Shown here piece by piece: positions 28,863-37,492 of a stretch of DNA of 64,000 nt. This DNA comes from a virus, in the IMG/VR virus record IMGVR_UViG_3300042469_000981; one strand, given 5' to 3'. Under the pieces are notes generated by a model. That model was given only the letters and a program-made list of their open reading frames with translations, ran no database searches and was not told the origin of the DNA. Both the position numbers and the translations under genes were made by a program. How positions within the stretch are numbered: position 1 is the stretch's first letter; each line of letters opens with the position of its first letter.

Positions 28863-29197
28863 TAATTTCCTCCTTTTAACTCATTCATAGCAGCTAGTAA
28901 CTGTTCTTTTTCTTCATCAGAAATAGTTAAGTTTCCTTCTGCTGTTTGAGTTTGCATAGCACGTTGAGCTAACGCTGCCATCTTGATTAAAATATCATCG
29001 TTTTTAACGCTTATCTCCATATATTCCTTAATTAAAGGAACAACTAATGTAGCATCACCAATGTCTGAAATTAGTGGTTTTAATTCGTTAATAAGCGCTG
29101 TAACTTGTTGATCTTTTTTCTTTTGGTTATTGTAAATTTCCTCTAAGACATCAGAGAATTTTTTCTTACCAAAGATTATATTATCGAATTGTGACAT
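28862..29197 (-). CDS. Hypothetical protein
   Basis: 111 aa helical ORF. Confidence 0.7.
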   Translation of the reverse strand: MSQFDNIIFGKKKFSDVLEEIYNNQKKKDQQVTALINELKPLISDIGDATLVVPLIKEYMEISVKNDDILIKMAALAQRAMQTQTAEGNLTISDEEKEQLLAAMNELKGGN

Positions 29198-29230
29198 AAA
29201 TATACAGTTAGTTTCTTATAAATATGAAAA

Positions 29231-29938
29231 CTAAAACTTTGTATATCCGTGTTCTAAATAAAATACATAACCTTTTTTAAAGATATCATATAATTGATTA
29301 GCTATTTTAGTAATTTTAGGTGTTTTAGCATCAATTATCTCACGGATATAAATGTAAAGTGCTTTCTTATTAAAAATATCTAAATGTTCTCGCTTACGAA
29401 ATAACTCAAGAATAGCATCAGCTATTTGAGCATCTTCACCTTTAGGGAATAACTCATAAATATTTTTAGTACAGTAATCAGTGTAATCATCTATGAAGAG
29501 AGATAAACGTTCATTGTATGGTGATTCTTCCATATCATAAGAATGATTTTCATCTTCTTCTAAAATTTCAATAGGAGCAGTATCAACACGTTTCTTATAG
29601 TTTTTCTGATTAGATAAGATTAAGTAACGTTTAGCAATAGTACCAAAATAAGAATATGCTTTAGATCCTTTAGTTTGATCATATAAATGAATCTTACTTA
29701 AAAGAAAAGTAATTACTTCGTGCTGTAGGTCTTCAATGTTTTCTACCTCAGTATAGTAAAATTTAAAGGTATGAATAATATTTTCGGTTAACTTAAAAAA
29801 ACCGTAATGTATTTTTTCCCTATAAATCTTACTTCTTACTTCGGGGTCAGGAGTGTTATTATAAAGTACAATGGAATCTTCTGTTTCTTGAGTAAAGTAC
29901 TGTACTCCCTTCTTTTTTTTCTTTACTTCTAATTCCAT
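29231..29938 (-). CDS. gp55-like late-transcription sigma factor (sigma region 2)
   Basis: QYFT...; FFKLTENII..F.FYY; EDLQHE..; YDQTKGSKAYSYFGTI aligns by eye with the T4 gp55 FDETK..NPHAYIT segment. Confidence 0.6.
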   Translation of the reverse strand: MELEVKKKKKGVQYFTQETEDSIVLYNNTPDPEVRSKIYREKIHYGFFKLTENIIHTFKFYYTEVENIEDLQHEVITFLLSKIHLYDQTKGSKAYSYFGTIAKRYLILSNQKNYKKRVDTAPIEILEEDENHSYDMEESPYNERLSLFIDDYTDYCTKNIYELFPKGEDAQIADAILELFRKREHLDIFNKKALYIYIREIIDAKTPKITKIANQLYDIFKKGYVFYLEHGYTKF

Positions 29939-30216
29939 TACTTGATTTCTTTAATAATAAATGTATTCAATATAGTTTGAATACTTTTGATTTGTTCAAA
30001 AACAAAACCTATTTCATCATCTGATTCAAATGATCCTTTATAGTCTACTTCTTTTAGTTTTTTATCCGCGGCTTCAATAGTGTCTGAAACTTTGTTAAGG
30101 TACGTCATGTACCCTGCAAGAATATCTTCTTGTTTTTCGTTTTTCTTAAGAAGATTATAGGTCGTGAATCCAAGAGTCACGACCAATATTGAAAGAATAA
30201 TAATTGCTAGTATCAT
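29938..30216 (-). CDS. Membrane-anchored hypothetical protein
   Basis: N-terminal hydrophobic helix. Confidence 0.7.
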   Translation of the reverse strand: MILAIIILSILVVTLGFTTYNLLKKNEKQEDILAGYMTYLNKVSDTIEAADKKLKEVDYKGSFESDDEIGFVFEQIKSIQTILNTFIIKEIK

Positions 30217-30998
30217 AAGTTGTCTAATAGATTTTTAAGACCCTCATTCTTTAAACTACCTAATGCTTTAGATTTAGAAGCTAATGTTTGAGGTGCTGAT
30301 TTCTTAGACTCCAAGGTAAATGATTTCTTTGGTGTCTCCAAGTTACCCTGGAATTTAGGAAGCCATTCTGTTTCAAACTCAATTCTAGCAGCCATTAAAT
30401 CTGCCTGATGAACAATATAAGGTAAGCTAGTTCTAGGTTTTAACTCTGGCATGTAGGTCATAAGATATTTTTCATTGGCTTTATCATACAGACCATCATG
30501 AGTTTGAATTGTTATCATTTCATTAAAAGTATAAGTAATACTATTTAATTGAAGTAAAAACAAACTTCTATCAGGCACACTAGCGAAAGCTAACTTATCA
30601 TTAAACTTATAATCTTCTCCTAGTTTTTCTTTCCTCCACTTATCATCTTGAGGAATATAAGCTTCATGATTCTCATCACCCATTTTACCCAGGTCATGAT
30701 TTAAAGCAGAAAACACAAGTTCCTCTTTAGTGTAAGTAGTAGTATCAGCTCCCATTTTAGCCCACAATTCATGAAGATGAAGAGCACAAGTGATAACTCG
30801 ATTAACATGATCTACATACCCTCCAGGGAAAGCGTTATGATATTCCTTTTTATGAGCCGCGGGCATCAATATCAAACGCTCACTAAATTTCTCATAAAAG
30901 TTAATCAAATTAGTTTTACGAGGTTCAGAAATGTGATCCTCAATAAAACCCATCAAACGTAACCAATTCTGTTGAATTTCCTCAGCTGTTAATCGCAT
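30213..30998 (-). CDS. HD-domain phosphohydrolase (YhaM-like)
   Basis: HNAFPGGYVDH; NHDLGK; THDG; HQAD. Start revised to MRLTAEE because the longer start overlaps the upstream gene. Confidence 0.8.
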   Translation of the reverse strand: MRLTAEEIQQNWLRLMGFIEDHISEPRKTNLINFYEKFSERLILMPAAHKKEYHNAFPGGYVDHVNRVITCALHLHELWAKMGADTTTYTKEELVFSALNHDLGKMGDENHEAYIPQDDKWRKEKLGEDYKFNDKLAFASVPDRSLFLLQLNSITYTFNEMITIQTHDGLYDKANEKYLMTYMPELKPRTSLPYIVHQADLMAARIEFETEWLPKFQGNLETPKKSFTLESKKSAPQTLASKSKALGSLKNEGLKNLLDNL

Positions 30999-30999
30999 A

Positions 31000-31194
31000 T
31001 TAATAGTTATTAATTTCTCCAGGTCCCAATGGTTCCTGTTGTACAAACGCTTTAGCGTCATTAATGTTATCCCTCATCTCTTGAATAATCTCATCCACCA
31101 CAACCCAGTTATTCTGTCGTAACGCGAATTGCAGTTTCTCAATTCCCCCTTCTACCCTCTCCATTCTTCTCATTATTATATCTCTATTTTTCAT
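31000..31194 (-). CDS. Hypothetical protein
   Basis: 64 aa, directly after a class I promoter. Confidence 0.7.
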   Translation of the reverse strand: MKNRDIIMRRMERVEGGIEKLQFALRQNNWVVVDEIIQEMRDNINDAKAFVQQEPLGPGEINNY

Positions 31195-31216
31195 ATTTTT
31201 CTTAAAACCCGTAACA

Positions 31217-31247
31217 ATAATATAACATTAAAAGAAATGTAAGCCAA
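31217..31247 (-). promoter_or_regulatory. Class I promoter variant
   Basis: TTGG-N19-TATATTAT. Confidence 0.7.
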
Positions 31248-31249
31248 GC

Positions 31250-31696
31250 TTAGGCTAAAAGGAGTTTTATAAACTCTAAATTCTTTTTAAGATGCGCGCA
31301 CTTTTCATACTCTTCATGCTCTTGAAAGTAGTTTATAGCTAACTCCAAAGCTGTTTTTAAATGTAAATCTGAGAAATGATAAAGGGCTTCTTGATGTGTC
31401 AATTCATCAGGATTAACTTTAGTAATATAGTCGTAGGCTCTAGTAAACACTACAAATTCTCCTGCTCTATCTATATCAACTTGATCTAATCCTTCATCTA
31501 AGTTTTCAAAAAACGTTAATAATTGATCGCGGAATACATTGTGATTATAAATAAGTTTTTTGAACATTCCAACCCAAAATAAAGGGTGGTTTTTATAGTC
31601 TGTTATTAAAATATCTGCAGCCTGTGATTTCTCCTTAAGAGAATTAGGCTCTTTACTATTAAATAGATCAAATATTTTATTCACGTCCACAACCAT
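31250..31696 (-). CDS. Hypothetical protein with C-terminal UvrB/C-motif-like helix pair
   Basis: LELAINYFQEHEEYEKCAHLKK. Confidence 0.6.
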   Translation of the reverse strand: MVVDVNKIFDLFNSKEPNSLKEKSQAADILITDYKNHPLFWVGMFKKLIYNHNVFRDQLLTFFENLDEGLDQVDIDRAGEFVVFTRAYDYITKVNPDELTHQEALYHFSDLHLKTALELAINYFQEHEEYEKCAHLKKNLEFIKLLLA

Positions 31697-31704
31697 ACAT
31701 ATAA

Positions 31705-31731
31705 ATGGCCTATACTTCTTATATAGGCCAT
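31705..31731. other. 10-bp perfect inverted repeat (probable terminator or regulatory hairpin)
   Basis: ATGGCCTATA-N7-TATAGGCCAT. Confidence 0.6.
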
Positions 31732-31771
31732 ATAATAAACTACCTTATTCAGGTCACGTCAGGTGTCAAAA

Positions 31772-32149
31772 TTAACCAATAACGTTGTCTAGATGGTCAG
31801 GTATGCCATCGCCATCTACATCTGCTATTTCTTTATAACCAAAAGCAGTCATAAATTTAGTGACACGATCTTTTAAATCACCATCAGTATCCTCGAACCA
31901 ATCTTCTTTTAATTGGTCATGTTCTAAAATAGTAGTTAATGCTTTATATATTTTTTCAACATCCTCAACTAAATAGATATCTGGTGTGTGAAAATCTAAA
32001 CTAAAAGCATAATCATCAATTTGAGGGATATCTAATAAAGAAGTTGTTTTACCTATTTTCTTTTCAGTTGGAACATTTTTTCCAAACTTATGAAAGTATT
32101 CTCCAATGTAGATATATCCTTGTCCGGGTTGTAATTGAAACTCACTCAT
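31772..32149 (-). CDS. Hypothetical protein; degenerate T5orf172-like N-terminus and DxDxDG Ca-loop at the C-terminus
   Basis: GYIYIG...KIGKT...DWFE; DVDGDGIPDHLD. Confidence 0.5.
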   Translation of the reverse strand: MSEFQLQPGQGYIYIGEYFHKFGKNVPTEKKIGKTTSLLDIPQIDDYAFSLDFHTPDIYLVEDVEKIYKALTTILEHDQLKEDWFEDTDGDLKDRVTKFMTAFGYKEIADVDGDGIPDHLDNVIG

Positions 32150-32979
32150 TATTTTAATAAATTATAATACTCGTTAAAATGTTTAATACGATCAGGTAAA
32201 CCAATTGTTCCACCATTTACTCTTTTAGTAACAGCAGTTACAGTTCCTTGATCAGCACCTTTATCACAGATACTCCAAAGTCCATTTTTATTAAAGAACC
32301 AAGCAGCAGACATTAAAGGATATTTAGTAGCAACTAAATCAGGATTAACTAAAATTTCCTCAGGAACAAATTTATCAAAAGCAGAATAGTTATCTTTACC
32401 AGTCAATTGGATATAACCACGACCTCTAAATTTAAATCCTTCTTTTGTAGCTTCAGCTCCATTACCCATTCTACCTCCATAAACACGAGAAGCAATAGCT
32501 TCAGGCTTACGAGCGTATTGTTCTGCCAAAGCTAAAGTAGGGAAATATTTTTTAAATATACCCATTAAACCTTTAGAAGAGTAATTCAAGTTTTCTTGAG
32601 TAGCTTTCCAACCTCCTGATTCATGACCACACTGGGCTAAGAAATGAGCTAATCTTAAAGGATTAGTAATACCAAATTTAGCAGCAGTATCAGGAATCTG
32701 AACTAATACAGAATCTGGAATATGTCCTTTTAATTTATCTAATTTAAAGCCAGAAGCGGGAACTACTACCGCCGGAGCAACAGGTGCCACAGGAGTAGAA
32801 CCCATAATTTTATTCCAAGTAGAATCTCCTACTATACCATCTGCTACTAATCCATTAGCAGCTTGATACTTTTTAACAGCTTCTTCAGTCTTAGGACCAA
32901 AGTTACCTACAGGATCAACTCCTAATTTAACTTGGAGTTGTTTTACCTGTTCATTATTATCACCTTTTTTTAGTAACAT
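32149..32979 (-). CDS. Endolysin: peptidoglycan-binding domain + GH19 lysozyme
   Basis: LKKGD..VKQLQ..DGIVG..TW; AHFLAQCGHESG; FRGRGYIQLTGKDNY. Confidence 0.92.
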   Translation of the reverse strand: MLLKKGDNNEQVKQLQVKLGVDPVGNFGPKTEEAVKKYQAANGLVADGIVGDSTWNKIMGSTPVAPVAPAVVVPASGFKLDKLKGHIPDSVLVQIPDTAAKFGITNPLRLAHFLAQCGHESGGWKATQENLNYSSKGLMGIFKKYFPTLALAEQYARKPEAIASRVYGGRMGNGAEATKEGFKFRGRGYIQLTGKDNYSAFDKFVPEEILVNPDLVATKYPLMSAAWFFNKNGLWSICDKGADQGTVTAVTKRVNGGTIGLPDRIKHFNEYYNLLK

Positions 32980-32981
32980 AG

Positions 32982-33395
32982 TTATTTATCTTTATGTTTA
33001 TCGATTTTTTCTAAAATTTTATTTAATATAGAATGTTTAATAAAGCCAGCATTTGAAGCATTTTTTAAAGCACTAACTATTTGGAATATTACAAACGGCA
33101 TTATAATAGTTTCTGAGAGCCAAGATGTACCTGGAAATCCAATTTCTACCATTAATATTACTGTTAGTATAACTAACCAAGTAAATGTGGTTTTTAATAC
33201 TTTAACTGCTTTATAAGTTTTAAATCCTTCTTTCTTAGTACCAGCAACTATACCGAAAAACCCATCCATAAAAGCAACAGCCACTATAGCTAAATACTGC
33301 TCACTATTATCTATAGCTAATCCTCCGAAGTAACTACAAACAAAAGCAAAGGTTGTGGTTAATGATAATAATAATACTAGTAATGTAGATTTCAT
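32982..33395 (-). CDS. Holin (phage holin 4-like)
   Basis: Three to four hydrophobic helices, basic tail, abuts the endolysin. Confidence 0.7.
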   Translation of the reverse strand: MKSTLLVLLLSLTTTFAFVCSYFGGLAIDNSEQYLAIVAVAFMDGFFGIVAGTKKEGFKTYKAVKVLKTTFTWLVILTVILMVEIGFPGTSWLSETIIMPFVIFQIVSALKNASNAGFIKHSILNKILEKIDKHKDK

Positions 33396-33658
33396 TATCC
33401 TTCTATATCTTTATCTTCTTCGTGTTTATCTTTTTTATTCAAAAATTTATCCACAGAGGCAATACCAAATGAACCTAAAATGATTACCATAAATCCATCA
33501 AAAATAAATTCATTAATTACTAAAGCAGTACCCATGTAACCTGTTACTAGGTCTACAATAAGGGCAATACAAAGCATAAAGAAAGCAATAAAGCCTACTA
33601 ATGCTTTTTCATTAATTGAGTTGTTGTCGTCGAACAGTTGTTTAAAGAAATTTTTCAT
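33395..33658 (-). CDS. Two-TM membrane protein (holin/antiholin candidate)
   Basis: Two hydrophobic helices, charged C-terminus. Confidence 0.55.
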   Translation of the reverse strand: MKNFFKQLFDDNNSINEKALVGFIAFFMLCIALIVDLVTGYMGTALVINEFIFDGFMVIILGSFGIASVDKFLNKKDKHEEDKDIEG

Positions 33659-33659
33659 A

Positions 33660-34106
33660 TTATAGTTGTTTTGTTGTTTTTGTTAAACTTTCTTGTAACG
33701 CTTTCGAGAACGCCTTTCGGTTTAACGGAACTTCATTATTTTCAACATTTAAAAATGCAGCGAAAATAAATGTTTTTCTAACACCAACTGATTTATGACA
33801 ACCTGTACCTATGCATATTGTAGTTTCAACAATATAATCTTTTTTTAACCATTGTAAACCCATTATGTTTACAATTTGTTGAGGGGAATAAATACTATCT
33901 ATACTTACTTGAACAGACATACCTAATGAATCATCAGGGATATATCCTTTTTCAATTAGTAATTCTTCAATTGTTTCTTTAACTCCAAAAGTAACATCTC
34001 TACCTCCAATAGTTTGGATGTGTTGGACATTAGTTACATTAACATTTACTTTAGTAGTGTCAATAGGTGATAAAAGTAATAATATAGGAGTTAATAAATT
34101 TAACAT
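33660..34106 (-). CDS. Exported protein, possible short CsgG-like fold
   Basis: Hydrophobic N-terminus; GVKETIEELL..GY; terminal helix AFSKALQESL. Confidence 0.5.
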   Translation of the reverse strand: MLNLLTPILLLLSPIDTTKVNVNVTNVQHIQTIGGRDVTFGVKETIEELLIEKGYIPDDSLGMSVQVSIDSIYSPQQIVNIMGLQWLKKDYIVETTICIGTGCHKSVGVRKTFIFAAFLNVENNEVPLNRKAFSKALQESLTKTTKQL

Positions 34107-34118
34107 CTTTTATAAATA

Positions 34119-35102
34119 TTAATAAGATACAGAACCCGCATACCCAGGAGCAATAATATAAAGATTTAATGTTCCTCCTGATGTTAAAGTTCCTGTAGTG
34201 AGAGTACTTACTCCTGGGTAAGTGGCTCTAACATTTGTTTTGGCTGCTACTATTAAATTGTATTGGGCTGTAGTAAAGATTCTAACATCTGGAGCTGTTC
34301 TCCACCTAGAAAAAATACCTGCTTTCCTAGCAGCTATATAGTACTTATCAGCTATTGAAATAGATCCATCATCATTAACATCAAACCTGTGGAAGGATAA
34401 ACCATTTCTTGTTGTTTTTCCTAAAATAATATTTGAAACAGCTTGAATATCTGAAGTAGTGTAGGATTGGACTCTAGTAGGAGCATCTATCTCTATGTAG
34501 TATTCCTTAGAAGGATCATAAGTCTCAGAGATAGAATAGTATCCTGAAGAGTTAGTATAGATTGTTTTATAAAGTGTCCAAGAAGAAGTTGTAACTATGT
34601 AATCAAATTCTAGTACATATGCTAAACTACTACTATTATTTAGGTCATTCCATCTTCCACCACTTACAAATTGAATATAATCTTCATTACCTGAGTTATT
34701 AGGTTCTCCTGAGTTCCAGTTAGTGTAAGAAAAAGTTTCTCCTGTTACCCATTTCCAAGTTCCTTCTGTTACTTCATCTGTAAGTCCTATCCAACCAGAA
34801 GGCCATAGGTTAAATAGAAAACTGTTTTCTCCTGAGCTAGTTACTGTTGCTAGATACCCACCCATTGCTGCGCAGTTAGCTTTAGCAGTAGTCCAGTTAG
34901 CAATACCTGTAGAACGATAATAAGAGTGTCCGTTATAGTTATTCTGAGAAGTAAATCCTGATATAGTAGAGTTAGTTCTTCTATAAAGTTTTACAGCTAC
35001 ATTATTTGCTCCGGATCCATTTGCGTTATAAAGATATCCCGAGTAGGTAAATTGGCCTAATAAATCATTTGTAAATAATAAAAATACAATTAACCACCTC
35101 AT
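34119..35102 (-). CDS. Secreted C-type lectin domain protein with dockerin-like module
   Basis: Signal peptide; NGHSYY..W..A...C...GGYLATV..EN..WIGL.D..EG.W.W...W..GEPNN..EDY..WND; FDVNDDGSISIAD. Confidence 0.85.
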   Translation of the reverse strand: MRWLIVFLLFTNDLLGQFTYSGYLYNANGSGANNVAVKLYRRTNSTISGFTSQNNYNGHSYYRSTGIANWTTAKANCAAMGGYLATVTSSGENSFLFNLWPSGWIGLTDEVTEGTWKWVTGETFSYTNWNSGEPNNSGNEDYIQFVSGGRWNDLNNSSSLAYVLEFDYIVTTSSWTLYKTIYTNSSGYYSISETYDPSKEYYIEIDAPTRVQSYTTSDIQAVSNIILGKTTRNGLSFHRFDVNDDGSISIADKYYIAARKAGIFSRWRTAPDVRIFTTAQYNLIVAAKTNVRATYPGVSTLTTGTLTSGGTLNLYIIAPGYAGSVSY

Positions 35103-36520
35103 ATTTTTAGTTTAGCACCCATTAATATTTGAAAATTAAGAATGTCTTGACCTGCTATGTATGTACCACCACCTGTTAATCCAACTCCAAACGTTTTAGT
35201 TAGTTTATAATTAAGGTTTAAAAAAGGTATGATAATTGGTTTAGCCTCAAAAATAGATTCAGTATAGAACTTAGAATACGGGGAATAAATACCAGCCATA
35301 ATGATTGTAGCATCCACTGCTTTACCAATTTTCCCTTTATACATAAAACCACCTATAACTATAGTTGATATTAACTCTTCACCAAACAATTGTCCATAAG
35401 TACCAGACACACCATATAAAGCAGTAAATGATTTGATTGAGTTAACTCGTATCAATAAGGCATTTGCTGTAGTAGATTTAGGTAATATTCCTAAACCCGC
35501 TGAAGCTACATTAATATGTTTATGACCTGCTTTATTAGTTCCAATCCAAGAACGTATTGCTGATAAATTACCAATTTTAGCATTAACCATATAATCAGCT
35601 GAAAAACCTATTGAGGCTGTTCCATCTCCTTTTACTCTAGTAAAAGACATAGTACCTCTAGCATCTTGAGAACCATCAGCTCTAGTTTGAACCCCAACAA
35701 TATCCCCAGTAACTAAGATCGCTGGTTTTTGAGTTTCAGCTTTTGCTTTACCCGCAGCCTTAGCAGTACCTGCTGATTGGGATTTTTGAGTTTCAGTTTT
35801 AGTATCTTCTACTTGTTGGTCTGTTGGTTTTTCTTCCTTTGGTGTCTCTCCATTACTGTTATTCCCACTCCCACTACCAGAAGAATTCCCAGAAGAACCA
35901 TTGCTATTATTGGAACTATTGCCTCCATTGCCTACTGTTCCTCCTCCTGATCCATTAGACCCGCCTTGATTTTCTGGTGGATTTCCTCCTTCTTGGCCTG
36001 TTCCTGTACTTGGATTCGATCCATCACTAGAATTGGAACTACTATTATTAGAATTACTGTTAGAATTGTTATCATCTTTCTTTTTATTTGTTGTTATACT
36101 TCCTGAACCTGTTGATGTTGTTCCTCCTACATTATTTCCTACACCTCCTGATAATCCTCCTGCTACTGATGATAGGTCTATACTTAAAATATTAGTGACA
36201 TTACCTATTATGTTTGAAACTTGGTTGGTTGAAGTTGTGGTTGTTGTAGTAGTAAGAACGCCTTGACAAGGTGAGGTTGATTGATATTTAATATAAATAC
36301 TATTAATCCAAGCATCGAATGTACCGTCACTTAATTCCCCGTATGTAAACGTTTTTACTTGTCCATAGTATGAGATAACTATGGGAGCGCTCATATCGGC
36401 GTTAATGAATTTACTTTGTTTAGTACACGGATCTATATAACTATAAGTAAAGGATTGCCCGCAGAGGGGCAATCCAATAATCATCAATATTATTAATATT
36501 TTAGTTCGTAAAGATACCAT
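35099..36520 (-). CDS. Secreted protein with G/S/N-rich linker and candidate outer-membrane beta-barrel C-terminus
   Basis: Signal peptide; ~120 aa low-complexity linker; alternating-hydrophobic strands ending FQILMGAKLKI. Confidence 0.55.
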   Translation of the reverse strand: MVSLRTKILIILMIIGLPLCGQSFTYSYIDPCTKQSKFINADMSAPIVISYYGQVKTFTYGELSDGTFDAWINSIYIKYQSTSPCQGVLTTTTTTTSTNQVSNIIGNVTNILSIDLSSVAGGLSGGVGNNVGGTTSTGSGSITTNKKKDDNNSNSNSNNSSSNSSDGSNPSTGTGQEGGNPPENQGGSNGSGGGTVGNGGNSSNNSNGSSGNSSGSGSGNNSNGETPKEEKPTDQQVEDTKTETQKSQSAGTAKAAGKAKAETQKPAILVTGDIVGVQTRADGSQDARGTMSFTRVKGDGTASIGFSADYMVNAKIGNLSAIRSWIGTNKAGHKHINVASAGLGILPKSTTANALLIRVNSIKSFTALYGVSGTYGQLFGEELISTIVIGGFMYKGKIGKAVDATIIMAGIYSPYSKFYTESIFEAKPIIIPFLNLNYKLTKTFGVGLTGGGTYIAGQDILNFQILMGAKLKI

Positions 36521-37187
36521 TCTTGATTAAGTTTTCAATTACTTTAGTGGTAGCAGTCTCTAAAGACTTTCTTGTTGCTTTACCTACAGTACTTTGAGAA
36601 AACTTCATATCAAGATTCTTTAAAAAAGATTCACCTACTTTTTGTGACTCACCTTCACCTGAACCGATATATATTTGACCTGTTTTAGCATCTACAAATC
36701 TTACTTGTAAACGAATAAAGGTAGTTACAACTACAGTTGATTTGCCTTTCATTACAGTTTCATCTTCATCTACAGCAAAATCAGCTACAGTCACATATAC
36801 AAAGTATTGGGCTGCTTTAATCTTACCCTTACCATCAATTGGTTCTTCAAAAACACCTTTTTTAGATGCTTTGAACTGAGTTACCATCCTTTCCTTGATT
36901 TCACTCTTCTCTTCAGTAAACACAAAACGATTTGTTTCATCTAAATAATCTAATACGGATTCAGCGAATCCAAGTCCAACATTTTTTTCTTGTAAATCAG
37001 GATATAAAGCTAAAACTTTAGTCATATCAACATTAATCACTTGCACTGTTTTCTTGATAGAATCAGTATAGTTAGAAACAGTTGAAATGTCCTTAGTTTC
37101 AATAACATCTTTTTCAGTGGTGGTTTTCATAGAACCACAACCTACTAATAAGACAGTTAAAAAAATATTACCAAGGATCTTCTTCAT
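36501..37187 (-). CDS. CsgG/HfaB-like lipoprotein
   Basis: Start revised to MKKILGNI; lipobox LVGC; GLGFAESVLDYLDETNRF; AQYFVYVTVADF; RLQVRFVDAKTGQI. Confidence 0.8.
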   Translation of the reverse strand: MKKILGNIFLTVLLVGCGSMKTTTEKDVIETKDISTVSNYTDSIKKTVQVINVDMTKVLALYPDLQEKNVGLGFAESVLDYLDETNRFVFTEEKSEIKERMVTQFKASKKGVFEEPIDGKGKIKAAQYFVYVTVADFAVDEDETVMKGKSTVVVTTFIRLQVRFVDAKTGQIYIGSGEGESQKVGESFLKNLDMKFSQSTVGKATRKSLETATTKVIENLIKNGIFTN

Positions 37188-37491
37188 CTTTAGCAGGTTT
37201 AGTGGCAGGAGCAGCAACTGGTTTTTCAACTACACGTTCTTTAATAATTGTGTTAGTTCCACCACCTTGTTTAACTTGTTGCTTGTTTTCTTGGTTTTGC
37301 TGAACATTAATAACAACAGGAGCAGCAGAAGCAGGAGCTGCTTGTTCTGTCTTAGCTTCTTCTTTAGGCTCGTCTCCACCGCCTAAGTGGGTTGCAAACC
37401 AGGCACCGCCGGCTGTAACAGCAGTAGTAACAGCACCAATAATTGCTTTTTTGGTAGCTGACATTACGCTTTCTTCTTTTTCTTCTGACAT
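37168..37491 (-). CDS. Single-pass membrane protein with Pro/Ala/Gln-rich tail
   Basis: KK then TM helix AIIGAVTTAVTAGGAWFA; low-complexity tail ending DEEDPW. Confidence 0.7.
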   Translation of the reverse strand: MSEEKEESVMSATKKAIIGAVTTAVTAGGAWFATHLGGGDEPKEEAKTEQAAPASAAPVVINVQQNQENKQQVKQGGGTNTIIKERVVEKPVAAPATKPAKDEEDPW

Positions 37492-37492
37492 A

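Noticed and set aside
34119-35102. Diversity-generating retroelement targeting the C-type lectin
   Set aside because: No reverse transcriptase and no template/variable repeat pair visible in the window
35790-36130. Tandem DNA repeat in the G/S/N-rich linker
   Set aside because: Low complexity is at the protein level only; codons vary with no regular nucleotide period
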